DNA from: Balanoglossus misakiensis
Lineage: Eukaryota; Animalia; Hemichordata
Reading direction: 5' to 3'
NCBI GenBank assembly: GCA_040954595.2
Contig: CM082578.2
Coordinates: 10,235,066 to 10,299,065 of the forward strand
DNA length: 64,000 bases
The notes below the pieces were generated by a model that was not told where the DNA came from, did no database searches, and saw only the letters and a list, made by a program, of their open reading frames with translations. Position numbers and translations under genes: made by a program. Below are positions 25,192 through 40,000 of the stretch, in pieces. Each line of letters starts with the position of its first letter. The first letter of the stretch is position 1.

Positions 25192-28100
25192 TCATTTTGC
25201 GATTCTGCTGACCGCTTGCTGCAGCCAGTCTTTGATTTCCGCGCTGTTCTTGTCCATCCATTCGATGTTGCTGTCGATCTTCCGAAGAGACAGGTAATAA
25301 TTATTGGCAGCAGTTAGCGGCATGTCTTGGTACTTTCTCCCGAAGCTTTCCATCTATAGGGTTGAGAAGTTGAAACCAAAATAAGAAACATTCGGCGTAC
25401 GTTTCCATGTACATCTAAATTAATGTCGAGAGAAACACGACAGGGTGTTATGAAAGGGTGTGTACAATGTGTTGTCTGAACTGAAAGATCAATTACCTCC
25501 ATCCTATCCTTCATTGTGTTCATCGTGTTCGCGAAACTCCATACCGTGTCATAGGCAGAATCACCGAATCTGAAAATCAATAGAGATTCAAATGAATTAG
25601 GAATAATTCTAAGTGACTTCACATCTCTGCCTACGTGTGGTTCATTCAAAGACAGTATGTTTTCAAACACCACTACAATAACTACATCTCGAATTTTAAT
25701 GAACATTATCCAAATAAAACTGGATAAATTTTTCTTCGTATATTGTACCTTATATCGAAAAAACAACAGGAAGATTTTGGCGCCAACCCAGACATAGCCT
25801 ACCTTGAATGTAGAGAGTCAAAATTGTCGTTCACAAAATTCCAGGCCAGGTTAAAGCCGAGACCAGATGCATCTCTGACGTAGCCAATAATCGTTGGCGC
25901 TTCGCTCGACTCCAAAGAGTTTTCCATGTATCTAGTATAGAAAATGACAATACATGTATTGTAAACGTAAGAATGAGGATTGAACCCTAACGAGAGATTC
26001 TGTACGGCGATACTTAACATCACCCACGACCCCTCAGCTGTTGAACTATCAAGAAACCTAATATTAGACGTGATCGTTTCCCGGTACATCTTTGACAAGA
26101 TGTACGGGATATGCGCCCTGTAAGCGTGCAGTGATGACTTACTCTTGCAACGTATATGAGTTCCGACTGCACGCCATCGCTCGCTGTAAGTTGGTCTTCT
26201 CCGCATCGTTCATCAGATGCTGCTCGAAGGCAAAGTACCATTCACTGTCCCCGCCGTTTCGGATCGCTGTGCAGTAGACGGTGGATTTGGTGTCGTCCCT
26301 GATTCTGTGAACGAGGAACGAGAGGTTGGTGCAAAGTTAGGTTTGCCTGCGAAGAAACCCACATGCAACCTGACACTAAACACTAGACACCTGTTGAATC
26401 AATCTTGAATGGCGATGCGTGGATACGAATGCCACGGTAACAGAATGCGCCTGGAGAGAGATTCTCAATAAAATGATAGTCCTGCTATATGAAAGTGGCA
26501 TCATGACACTCTCTCAATCTTACGAGGAATTATTAGGCTGTGCCATCCAGGAGTTGTACTGGTCCGCTGCAGTCACCATGCAATCTGAGTTGCCATATGT
26601 ACACGCCAACTCCACGGCTATAACTCGATTATGACTACAAAAAGAAAAGAAAAACAGAACGTTTTATAATGCAAAATACTGTGAACATTATGTTAAAAGG
26701 GGTCTTGAGTAATATTCGCTGCGTCTATACGTATCACGTGAGTCTCAATTCTGAAAACTATCACATAACTCTCAAAGCTCAACAGCACAGCAGTTTCATT
26801 TAAAGACTAGCGATATCTGGCAGTGAGCGGAAAATCTTCTATTGACACCACAATCTGCTATGACTTGCTGATGGACAGACTCACTATTCGATGTGGTCAT
26901 CTTCAGTAGCTTTCATGAAATTCCAACCAAGATCGGTATAGATCTGTTCGTTTAACTGTCGAAGGTACAACTGAAATAAAATCATGGTATTCACGTTAAG
27001 AATGATCATAATTGGTCCACTAAAAATAACATGCAGTTGTACAAGACACGGGCTGAACATCTTTTAGAGATTGCTTTACCTCGAAATCCCCGTATGTGGA
27101 CGTTCTCCATAGCATGGTGTGCGTGTATCTCAAGTTGTCTCTTGTAGTCAACCATGGGTTGTAATCCCTCTCAGCCGTCAGGTATTCGATAATCTTCAAA
27201 GAGACTAGCTGATTCAACATCTGAGATTTGCCGATATTGAAGGCATCACTGATCAGTGCTCCGCGGTTACGAATCGGAAAAACCTAAATAGAATTTTAAA
27301 AATTAAACATTGAGTCATACTGACCCAGTTGCGGCTGACGTTTGTAGAAAGTCTGTCGCATTTTGGAAATGTCGTCCAGGCCGGAAGCGAGTTAACAGTA
27401 GTTGATAATTGGCTGGTCAGCTTTTTTTTAAATCCGTGTCCGTCAGTTTGGAAGTTATGATGCCATTTTCAAAAGACAATATGGCGATGTTCAGCTGCTG
27501 AACGTTTAAAGAAATTATAGTCACTGCTACTTTCTTGACACGGGAAATTGTCTTACACTGTGGTCCTCCTTGAGTTGACGGGCGAGGTTTTCCCAATTTT
27601 CATTTTCGTAGTTGACCCGGTAGTACATGTTTTGGTTGACGTTAACGATAAACCAGTGACTGGCCTCGCTTGTGGTTACGGTGAAATCAGCTGTTAGAAA
27701 GTAATTTAAAGGCACAATGAAGTGATGTGGATACATGACCTTTGTGTTGTTTACATCTAGAAACTTCAGAGAGCAGCTCATATGCTGGACATACAGACAG
27801 ACAGACAGATAGTCACCTGGTCCTCGAGACATCCATGCAGAATTGCAATGTGTGTTGTGTGGACAGTCATTGACGAAAAGTTGTTCGCTTTCATCTGTCC
27901 AGGTCAATGGCACATACCAGAGATACCTAAAACATAGCAGCATGACGAATTTGGGCTATCAACACTGTAAACGTACAAATAATGAAAACTACAAGCATAT
28001 AACTTTTTATGTACAGGCGCTGCTTCGCTTTGCGTCTTCTTTAATTTTGTTTGTCCTGCTGTGGCACACTTTTTTCAAGTGTCTTCCACCGGGATAATCT

Positions 28101-31100
28101 TTCAAGAATATTGGCGTAACTGCGAAATGATATGTTAAACGTACCCGAGATCGGTGTAGTCGTCACTGGGTTCGTCATACGGATTTTGCAGGAAACGCTG
28201 CTGTTCGGCGTGGATATTTTCGCCCTCTCTGGTGACAGTCACCACAGGATAGCCTGCCTGCAACGTCCACGTGTCCATCACCATTTTGACATTGATATTC
28301 TTCCGTCCTGAGTCCGCCTGCAAATATGAAAGAGGATAGGTCACATGCGCCATTTTCTGAAATTACCACGGCCAACGCAGTTCATTCTTTTCCCAAGATT
28401 TAGTCTGTTCAATTTGGTGACATCTAAAGTTGGCGGCTGCGCAAGCTTCGGGCAATTGAAGTCTGCACATGTTTAGCAGACGACCCGGGTACACTTTCCA
28501 ACCCAGTACAACTTACCTCTGTCAGCGCGGCAAACAAATCATCGGAGAAGGCTGGAGCAAACTCGTGCCTGTTTAGATATATCCTTAGTCCGTCGTTGAA
28601 CGTCTGGTTGCCTAAGAAATGCGTCATCATCATATTGAGGGCACCTCCCTGCACATTGACATCACAAATCGGTATGTTAATCAAGTTAATATATACTGGT
28701 CATCGTTATTGTTCAATGGTAGTGACAATGTGACATATAAAAATGAAAATGTTTGTTGCAATGACGCGAGCCATCAGATACAGAAAATGAACTAAAAGTT
28801 GATAGCACGTGTGTGCGATTATTCCCACAGCGCCCTCATACGCTCTGGTTTGGACCAGGAGAACTTCCACACTGCAAGAAAATCTGTATCGATGATCTGC
28901 GTAAAGGATTTTACCTTTTCGTAAGACATCCTGTCAAAGGTACGGCTAATTTCGTCGTTCCAGCCGACGTCCATGACAACCGGACGCGATGAAGTGGAAA
29001 TCGAGTCGTAATCCAGGGCTCTGAATGTGGCATCCCTTGGGAAAAACTGTTCGTACTGCGCATGGCAGGATAGAGAATATGGATGGGTGTGATCACAAAT
29101 ATTTACATCTGCCACATGTGCATGATATGGTTAAAAGTGGTGGTCAAGTCTTACACTGCACATGTGTGGCCACCAGAGAGAAAATATGTCTTTCAATGGC
29201 ATCTGTGACATGAATTGCACGTGGGGTCATACTTCCCTGGTCAGTTGCACTGGTCTCTGAAGCTGTGGGAATGATAGAATGTCTTAATTCGCACTATCGT
29301 TTATGATTATACCATGTATGTCAAAAAATCTTACCATGTTCCATTCAGGGTGAATGTCGTGGACCCCAGCGTCCTCCAAGAACCTGGCGAAGCCCTCGTT
29401 CAACCAGAGGTCGGACCACCAACCGCACGTTACCAGGTTACCAAACCACTGGAAAGAGGATAGAGATGAGAGGATACACCGTCTTTAACTTGATTTGGCC
29501 TGATTTCTACAGCGCCCAATGATGACGTGATAAATGATTACGACATCGCCAGATATTTACTATACTACCCGCACAGAAGAAAATGGGCAAAAAATGATTT
29601 AAGAAGTCAATGTATGAACATCACATCACCGTATTCTCACCTGATGGATAATTTCGTGGCCGATGATTCTGGCAATTCTCTGCTGCTTGGATGCAAAGTC
29701 AGTCTCGTTGTCGAACAACATGCGTTCTTCCCTGTACAATATCAGACCCCAGTTCTCCATGGCACCGGAACTGAATTGTGGGATTGCCGCCATATCTGCA
29801 AAGCAGGAGGAGATTACCAACCAACTGAGAGAAAAGGGCAGCCAGCCAGCCGGCCAGTCAGTCAGTCAGACAAACAAAGCACTATCACATATGCAGAATT
29901 AACTCACCCATCTTAGTAAGAGCGCCATCCAGATCATATGGAATACCAGTCATATCCCCATAGAAATCCAGCATTGTGCTTCCCACCATCAGGGAGTAGT
30001 CCAGCGTATATTTGAGATCTGGGCGTGCCCACACACGAAACTGTGTGTGTGACGAGTGAGAGGAATTCAATATTACTTGTGGTGTGGTGATAACCGGGTG
30101 CACTATCTGACCACGTTTGCAGGTGTTGAGAATTTCTCGCCGTTCACATATGCTTCGTAGGGCTGTTTTTTTTTTTTGGGGGGGGGGGGCTTTGAACGAC
30201 GCCGTCTAGCGTGGATATAGGAAGACTGAAAAACTACAATTTGAAGCATGAATGGGCAAATGAAGATTGCTTGTCTGAAAAGCGATACGCAAGGAATCTG
30301 TACCAACCACCGCCAGTGCAAACCAACATATCGGGCTGACCAAATTCGGCCAGATATTTACTGTAGCATAGACCTACCAAAACGCCCCCTTTGGTGTACT
30401 CCTCCTTGTGGACAAACTCGGACACCACGACCGCATTCAAATAGGTCGTCATCTTGACACTTCTGGCGAACGTGGTTGTCACCCAGTCGCCCTCGGTGGA
30501 GTTGCTGACGACGTGCATGTTTGAAAGCGCGTGTCGCCTATTGCGGTGTTTGATAGTCATGTCGAAAGTCGCCTTGAGGTTTGGTTCGTCGAAGCAGGGG
30601 AACATTCGTCTTGCGTACGTGCTTTCCAGTTGGGTGGCCGCGTAGTACCTGAATTAGGTGAGCATAATATAAAACTGAAGAAAAACTTGGGAGGAATTTT
30701 ATTTGACTTTTCAGTATTTAAAATTGACCGTTTGGTCCAACGTCGCGTTATCGAAAGTTGCACGAGCTTCCTTCAACTCTTTGTTATTAATAACCATAAA
30801 AATATTTTCCAATTTTCATAGAAGACATTCTTTGAATTGAATTACATCAAACTTGGCACGGAATGGGGAAACAGTTTCTTTAATTTTAGTTATTACCGTG
30901 GCGAATGTTTTGACTGTTTCACTGGGGTTGAACTGTTTGACCTGTGATACTCCATTTGGATTCAAAAACACATCCTTGATGTAATCACAGACACTCGGAA
31001 CTCGTATGTCCAGTGTGTGATGAAATGTGTGATACGAGCAATATATAACTATGGTAATACGGGATATATATTGACAGATAGGATCAGTCGTATCACAGTT

Positions 31101-32946
31101 ATCAGTCTGTAGGCCGTCTCATCCACGGTTGTATTAGATACGACTATCGCCAATCGTCACTTTTTACGTAATAATACAATGGGAAGAAATCTGAGCAGTA
31201 GTTGCAACATTTGACAATATTTCTCCATGTGCATGTATGTTAACGCCTCTGGTATCTTATCGACCGCTGCGTCGAAAAATCCCGTAGTCTGGTTTGGCAA
31301 TACGGTTGGTATAACACGTATATAATGCTCCATATATTGTTAATTGTTGGGAACATTACAGTGGTAGATGCATTCTGGGAATAAGACTTAAGGCAGTATG
31401 TAACGTATACCGCGTTTACTCGCGGAAATATTAAGTTCTAAAGAAATGGTTGAGTACGTTTATATTAAATAACGTGAATGTGTATTCTAAATATATGATT
31501 GAGATTCTAATTGTAATTCTCATTTCAATCATAACTTTTTAATCAGATACTTCCACAGCAGTTTTGAACGATTGGTTTGGATGTAAGCCTGCCTATACTA
31601 GCTAATAACTTGCATTTGTCGACAAGGCTAGTGAAGTCTTTTCCTCGCGTTTACGCCAAATATTTGATAAAAATATCTTGGTATCTTTGAACTTTGACAC
31701 CTTCACAAACATTTGCTTGATGGATGGTCATCCAGGGTGTAGCTATGTTCAAACGTTGATGGAAGTGTTTAACAAGAAGGCGGTTCTTTGCACGAGGGTA
31801 GAAAACGACCAAGTCGCGGTGGTTTTAGGAGGTTTTGATTCAAGTATTAGTAGCAGTTCGGTCTGTCTCAGAAGCAACTAGCCAATGAGAAAAGTCAGGG
31901 AATAGGACAGTTTTTGTCGACTGTCTGCTCTTTTCTACACACCCCTAGGATAACTATGTCAGAGAACCCCACGGCTTGTTATCGAAAGGTTTATATGCCC
32001 TCGATAAATCAAAATTTATGTTTGCCTGATAAGGGCTGTCGTAAAAATGTTTAGTGCTGTGTCTTGTGTAGCATTTACTCGCAACATGACGAACCTGCCT
32101 TGAGGATACTGTCACAGAGGTTAGAAATAACCCTCGAATACGTAACTGGCATTACGTAATATAAAATCATGCACGTGTGTAATCATTCCTGTTAAACCGG
32201 TGACAATTTTCTCAGTTATATTGCTAAATTAACGAACATTAAAAAATATGACAACTTCGCCATGCACCGTCATCAGTTGTGCTCCACTGAAAATCTTACC
32301 TTGTTACACCGTCTTGATCATAGCTACCCAGATACAGCCCGACATTGCGGTCTTGCTGCATTGTACCTACGTAGTTCAAGCTTATTGTGTAAGATTCCTC
32401 AGCGATAAGGTCCTCCCCGGTTTCTATGATGTAAAAGTCATATTTCTCTACTTTTCTTATGTTGGAAATGCTGACGTCGTCGCCGTTGCTGTTTCTGGTG
32501 ATCTGGACGCTCTCATCGTTAATGGTGATCGTGTATATGTGCAGTTTGATTTCCCTGGTCGCTTTCTCACACGTCAACTCGAAATCCAGCTCTCCGTCGA
32601 ACGAAAATCGCTTGTCGCCGTCTCCTTCGTCGAAATACGGGGTCAATTTGATGACATAGTTGATCGGCGTCAAGGTGTCGGGTATGCGACCGTCGAACTC
32701 CTCGTAATCGTCCTCCTCTTCGCCTGGCTTCGGGAGACCTTCGTACGGATCCGGCGTTGTCTCGATGGGCTGAGCCGTTTGATCGCACGAGGCGGCAAAG
32801 TATGTAATGACGGCTGCCCCGCCAACTAGCAGAATTACAACAACGAATATGCCAACACCGACCGCCTTCGAAACATAGCACCCACTCTTCTTCTCCGGTT
32901 CTTCGATCAAGATCCCCATAGAATCACGATTGGTTTTCGAAGCCAT
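25192..32946 (-). CDS. Aminopeptidase N-like M1 metallopeptidase, copy 2 (17 exons)
   Basis: Exons 32300-32946, 30378-30648, 29908-30040, 29641-29795, 29335-29448, 28915-29055, 28517-28648, 28145-28317, 27817-27926, 27557-27690, 27080-27283, 26885-26970, 26524-26634, 26143-26304, 25803-25931, 25497-25569, 25192-25353. TM anchor, [19 protein letters not shown]...WLNEG, SYEKG. Confidence 0.93.
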
Positions 32947-34090
32947 GATTAATAATAGTCACTGTTAACGGTATTGTTTGCTGTCACCTCGATGAGAGGA
33001 AATAAGGCGACTTCGGTGTGAGTCCTAGAAAGTGACCCGGGGTCAGTGGGCAACACACTGTGGCATGTCTTGGTGCCGGGGCAAGAATAAATATCTTTTG
33101 GTGTCGGTCCAATCGTCCGGCTGGTCAGCGGCGATTGGTCCACTCGAAGTTTTATTTGTTTTCGCGCTCGCACTGGTGGGTGGGTACACACAGTTCAGAG
33201 ATGGCAGGAACGGAGTGGAAACGATGCGCTGAAAAGCGCCTTCGCCAATCACAGGTGAACTGTTATACCTTGAACATTATTATTGCCTCACATATCCCGG
33301 AACAAAGTTATGTGATGACGCCGATCGTAGTTGTCCGCCCGGAAACTTCTTCTCTGCACATGGAACAAAGGTGTGCGACTACACGAAGTCAAATGCCCGG
33401 CAATAAATCACCAATAAATCACATTTTCGAGATCATGGTGTTAGACAGACCCTAACTTTTACGGTATAAAACTAGGCATTTTCCCAATAATATTTGAAGC
33501 AGGCGAGGGAAAATTTAACTTCTGGAATTAGCATGTCGTCAGAAAGTGATGTTGGTTTTGGGACAATTCAATAACCAGTACACTGGGTTAGAGCACGGGG
33601 CGGACTGTGGGTAGAGGTTCTTGTGAAATGCGTGTCAGAGATTTGTCTGATACGTTAGATATTTTGAGAGAATGCAATCAACAACAGCACATATGGTTGA
33701 CGTTTGGACAGATAAGGTTGGAAATATAAAAGTACACAAACCGCACATATTTCATAATCACATGTCGCTGATAATCATGGTTTATGTTGCTCGAAGTTGG
33801 AGTGTTTGTCTACACGGGGGACACACACTCGCTGGTTTGCTTCCGAAAATGGGTTGTTCATCTCATCCGAGAATTTTATTAACCAGAAAACAATATTTAA
33901 GCAACATCAGGACGTTCCATCAATATTTACCTGTCCAGTGAAATAAAATACCAACAGTTCCTTTCTTAAAATTTACAGGTGGTTGAGAGAAACAAGCACC
34001 CATTTGAGCCGCGTGAAATGATATACCCTTGGATAATAACAATTCGAAAAGCATTCAAATTCACGTGTTCCTGCCAGCTTGCAATTTTCT

Positions 34091-37000
34091 TCACCGTGTT
34101 CGATCATTATCGGTTGGCTTTATGGTCGTGGAGACAAACTGTGAGAGCCATTCCCTGATCTGCGCGGCATTTTTGTCCATCCACTCGATGTTGCCATTTA
34201 TCTTCTGCAGCGAGTCGTAAAAATCGTTGGCTGCCGCTGTCGGCATATCGGCGTATCTGCGACCGAAGGCTTCCATCTGAACGACGGGAGAGGAAAAGAA
34301 ACGCCGCAATATTCGATAGAGTAACAGACTTATATTATTTGTATGTCTATATAAAACCAAGCAATGGTATAATTGAGAACTGTAACCGTTAGTGTATATA
34401 CAGCGTTTAGAGAGTCAAATTAATTACCTCCATTCTGTCGTCCAACGTGTTCATCTTCTCGGCAAAAGTCCATACTGTGCTGTAAGCAGAGTCACCAAAC
34501 CTGGCGGGAATAAAATATCGTTCACATCCTGTTACACACATCCGACTGTCAGTCCATTCCGTCGCCGACGTTAGATTTACTCTCTGAGTCATTATACTTT
34601 GTTAAACAAAACATTTTCAAAAAGAAGAACAGAGTACAATGTAACGCCATACATCGTTTACCTTGCAAGTAACGAGTCAAATTTGTCGTTCACAAAATTC
34701 CATGCCAAATCAAAACCAAGCCCGGACACGTCTCGAACATAACCAATCACCGTCCGAGCTTCGTCTGTCTCTAAGTAGTGTTCCATGTACCTGTTGGAAA
34801 GAAGTTGGACAAAAATAGAACGGTCTCGCAAACTTGTGCTAAATAGGTCCCTCGGCCTAATAGATTTAACCAGTTATCTTCTTACACCCATCGCTGGCTG
34901 ACTGGAAAATGCTATATCTGTGAAACAGTTTGATAGGTTGTATCATACAAAACGCATGACTGAATTCAAAAGTGGGAGAGTGTATTAAATAAGACTAACC
35001 CTTGCAAAGTGTATGAGGTTCTACTGCATGCCATTGCTCGCTGGAGGGCGCTCTTTTCATCGCCGATCACCAACAGGTGCTGATCAAATGCAAATTGCCA
35101 TTCATTGTCTCCGCCGTAACGAATTGCTGTGCAATACACAACATCCATTGTGTCCTCTCGGATTCTGGACGAAAGCAAGACAATATTCACACATTTCATT
35201 TCATTTCGGTTCAATTCTCAAACTTAGAAAATCAATTTCCTTCTCGGGGAGGGTGTAGTGTGATGATGAGGTCATTTTAGTGTGATCTTTACTGGCTAGT
35301 GACATTTCTTTTGTTTAGGGTGACCAGGTGTTGATGAATATTCATTTGATTGACATGTATAAATACATGCTACCATGTGGTCAGGTTGCTATTTTTTCGC
35401 TGGACACTGTGCCGATAACTTCAGTGCTGGGGACTCCGTGCTGCTGTTTGGGACTACATTGTATTTGCAGGCTGTTTTGTTTGACTTCAAGGACTTCAGA
35501 AGTTGTGAGTGCATGCACACCACTCGGGCCTAAACCAGACTTTGCTGCTGTTTTGTTTGACTTCGAGTTGTAAGTACACACCACTCGGACCGAAACCAGA
35601 CTTTCCTGTACGTCGGAAGTCTTTGACTTTACTGCATATTTGCTGCTCGTGTGCTTCACGACTGGAGTCCTAGCTGACGGTATACGGAGTGCTGTGTGTA
35701 TTGCTCAGTTTGGTTCGCATTCATTGTTTTATGACCTGTGAATCCCTTTTTACCTGCAACTTAATTGTGTTAGTATAGCGAATAGCCATTAAATACTTTT
35801 TATAAAAGGAAAACCACTGACTTCGCCCTTTCTGTCATAACAGTAGCTATATCTGGATTCTCTTGCTCAAATAAGCAACTAAGTGTTGGCAACAAGACAT
35901 GTTTTCTAGTGACTTACTGGGAATTGTTCGGATGTAACATCCAGTCGGAGTACTGTTCGGTTGCCGTGGATATGCAATCGGTGTTGCTATAGCTACACGC
36001 CAGCTCGACGGCCACAACTCTGTTATGGCTGAAAAAAAGTTTTCAGAAATACGTGTATAGATTATAGGGACAGCCAGGGTCATTCTTAGGCGAACATCAA
36101 AAATACACGTGCTTTCAACTTACTAATCGATGTGGTCATCCTCTAACGCTTTCTGGAAATCCCACCCTAGTTCGTTGTAGATTGGTTCGTTTAAGTGACG
36201 AAGGTACGTCTGAAACGATAAATAGTTACCCCATGTAAGAAGCTGGCAGGAAACTAGATAAAAAATTAAATTTATCGCAAAATGAAGACATTAGTATATT
36301 TTAGCTGGTCTACTTACCCTTATTTCCTGAAAATATCATAAGCTTACTAAAAGAACAGTTGTTTTGTCATTTTGGCCATAGCAACCAGAAACAGTAAAGG
36401 TCAGGTACATCAGTGTGATCGGGCCTTACCTCGAAATACCCGTATGTGGACGTTCTCCAAAGCATAGTGTGCGTGTATTCCAAATTATCCCTTGTAGTCA
36501 ACCAGGGATTGTAATCTCTCTCAGCCGTCAGGTATTCGATGATCTTTAGCGAGATCGTCTGATTCAACATCTGAGATTTGCCGATATTGAAGGCGTCGCT
36601 GATCAGGGCTCCGCGATTACGAATCGGCAAGACCTAACATGAAGGGGCAAAATCCATCGTTTGCAGTCGCAAAAAAAATCGACAGAAAACATAGTAAACG
36701 GCGAAAAATAATATATGTATCTCAGTGTTTCGTTAGTTTGCTAGGTTTGTGCGTTTTTCTCTATTGAACAAGTGTGACATTGTCGCTTGCGTTTATACGT
36801 ATAACCATTCCATGTCCCTCTAATGGTGTGTAAAATGGATCAGAACCTACCGTGTGATCGTTCTTCAATTGCTTCGCCAAGTTGTCCCAATTTCCTTCCT
36901 CGTAATTGACTCGGTAATACATGTTTTGATTAACATTAACGATGAACCAGTGTTCTTGATTACTGGTGGTGATACTGAAATCAGCTGCAATGAACGTCAT

Positions 37001-40000
37001 TCATATCGTTGTTGTGTTGTGTTGTTACTCTGTATTCCAACATGGAGCTCCATCAAGGAGCGTCAGCTTTGTTTCAACAGATTGAAATTGGACGTGTATG
37101 GAAACAGAGACGCAAAGACAGTCAAAACAGAGAGGGGCCTTCCAGATATGAAAACAAAAATCTTGATATTTTTCAAATATTACCTGGTCCAAGAGGCATC
37201 CACACAAAATTGCAATGGCTGTTCTGCTCACATTCGTTCGTAAACGCTTGTTCAGTTTCGTCTGTCCATGTCAGAGGCACATGCCATACATACCTAGAAA
37301 ACCAAAGCAGATGTTAAGCTAAGACAGTCGGTATTGGAAACCATGACAATTTCTCATCACATGCAACACGCGCCCATTTTTTTCTTTCTGGGCACATATA
37401 AGAATAGTCTTGTGCTTTTGACCAGGCACTCATTCATTTCACGAGTGCCCTCACTTGACTTCACCTTTCATGGTAGAATTGTTTGCACACTACTGTGTAA
37501 TGATATATGCGCAGAATAATCCAACAGACTAACCCGAGATTTCCGTACTTGTCACTAGGTTCGTCATACGGATACTGTAAGAAATGCTGCTGTTCGGCGT
37601 GGATATCTGCGCCCTCTCTGGTGACAGTCACCACCGGATAGCCGGCCTGCAACGTCCAAGTATCCATCACCGTTTTGACATTGGTTCCTTTGTGTGACGC
37701 GTCTGCCTGGATATGACGAACGGTAAGGAATGTTAACATACACATACGTATGTATACATGGCATGTATAAGGCATATAACGTGCAGACATTTTCAAGGTC
37801 ATGTGTATGAGACGCCAGGTGGACGAACTGAAACACACAAATACGGTTCCACCAACCTCTGTCAGAGCTGCAAACAGATCATCCGAGAAAGCTGGACTGA
37901 AGGCATGCCTTTCCAGGTATATCTTCAAACCAACATTGTACGTCAGATTTCCCAAAAAGTTCATCATCATCATGTTCAGACAGGATCCCTGTGAGTAACC
38001 AGTCATAGAATCTGTTTTTGGTTTCTGAATAACTGATTCGTGTATAAACTAGAAAATTGACGATGCAATATACTTCCAGTATTTATATACTAGTTGTGAC
38101 GTCATCATGCAGTTTGCACAACTTTTCAAATGGGGTTCATTCAATACCTTTTCGTACGACATTCTATCGAAGGTGCCCATAATCTCGTCGGGCCAGCCGA
38201 CATCCATGACGACCGGACGCGATGATGTGGATATTGAGTCGGAATCCAGTGCTTTGAAAGTGGCATCTCTTGGATAGAACTGGTCGTACTGGACGGCAAT
38301 TGCAAGAAAGATGTCAAACGGTGAGTGAAAAAGATAGCCTAAAGATGTATTTAATTCTTTAGCCTCGTTTGTGTTTATAACCCTTTTCTCACGTGCCGTC
38401 AACGCCGCCCCAGCGGCGGCTCTAGGGCGGCGTTAATTTGTAAGTGCCATGTGTGAAAAGGTGAGAGCGGCCCTGCGCTGCTCTTTTTTTGTGACGGTGT
38501 TGAGGGGTGGGACCTGGGTCGGGGCGCCGCACTAAACAGCGATTCAAATCACGTGTGAACAGAAACACCGCACTAAACGCCGATCTAAACGCACTCTGCC
38601 GACGCGGTTTGAGGGGATACAAGTGGCAGTTTCTAATGAGCTTGCATGTAAAATTACCCCTCTGAAAAGAGCGATGTTTAGCACCTTGCTTAGTCAACGG
38701 TCAATTTGCCTTGTTGCTGATGGTCATCAGTAAAATGAGGAGCCCCAAAACCTACAGGCAAAGCCTTGAGGTAGTCGGAACTTACTGCAGCTGGGGCTCT
38801 GCTGAAAAAATTGAGACGCCCAGTGGAAGTGGTAGTGAAACTTGTAGCAAAGTTCATGGTGATAATTGCTAGGCAACTAGGTCTTGCCATTGTCTGGCTA
38901 AAAATACATCCCTGTGCGTGAATAAATTAAAAACGTCTTTGTCCCAAGGGACCAACTCAAAGCCACATCCCCGTATGCTTTTACTACTAGCATGGAGTCA
39001 TGCTACTAGTATATTACGCACTGGTTTCAAAGCTGTAAGACTCACAGGCGGTACCGTAGAAGCGCTTATACTTATAGGATGACTGTACAAAAACTGGAAA
39101 AGTGTGGATTTTCTCGGATCTTCCATTTATTTGATGTGGAACAACAAATGGGACAAGTGGCGAAATGTGTCCTTGATTTTCAATCGCACCATGAAGCCTA
39201 TTTGAACCTAATTTGCATAAATGTCCGAGTGCGGTGATCCCGTCCCTTTTATACACATGTGAATGCAAAACTATTTGAGTCGCTGATAAGAAATGTTTGC
39301 CAACTTTTATAATCCAAAAAAGGGCGCCCTAATCATTGCACGTGTGCAAGCGACTTAAGTATCCACACAGTAAATATTGCAATAACCATAAGTAAACAAA
39401 CAAACAAACAAACAAACAGATAAATTTTCTCTTTAGATTGTGACCCGTTCCTATTTCGCCTTAGGGATTAATACTACCGGTAGTATATGGCGGATGCTAC
39501 GTGGGGCAGGATTGCATACTATTTTCGAAACAGGTCAGTAGAGTTCTATCTTACCATATTCCATTCGGGGTGAATGTCATGAACTCCGGCATCTTCCATG
39601 AACCTGGCAAAGCCCTCGTTCAACCAGAGATCAGACCACCAGCCACACGTGACCAGATTGCCAAACCACTGACAGAGAGGGGGAGAGTCAAGTATGTGAA
39701 AACACGCATTCAGCTTAGTTTCCTTGGACAAATGTGAAACTTCGTCACCTAAGCGTTTACGCATAAGAGTCCATTATAACAGACAGGTACTCACTTGGTG
39801 TACGAGTTCATGCCCTATGATCCTGGTAATTCTTTGATGTTTCGACGCCAGATCGACTTCCTTGTCAAACAGCATGCGCTCTTCCCGGTACAAAATCAAC
39901 CCCCAGTTCTCCATGGCACCCGCACCGAATTGTGGGATTGCAACCATGTCTGTTGGATATTACCACAAGTAAGATTCAACGCGAGGTGGACATAATTGGT

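Noticed and set aside
32248-32829. Long antisense ORFs over peptidase first exons (also 41458-42024, 54302-54883, 58801-59388)
   Set aside because: These are shadows of GC3-biased coding sequence on the opposite strand, with no motifs or splice support of their own.
38767-38790. tgaggtagt let-7-like seed (and tgaggtatagatagtagtt near 60243)
   Set aside because: The match is limited to the 5' end and there is no complementary star arm or hairpin nearby.
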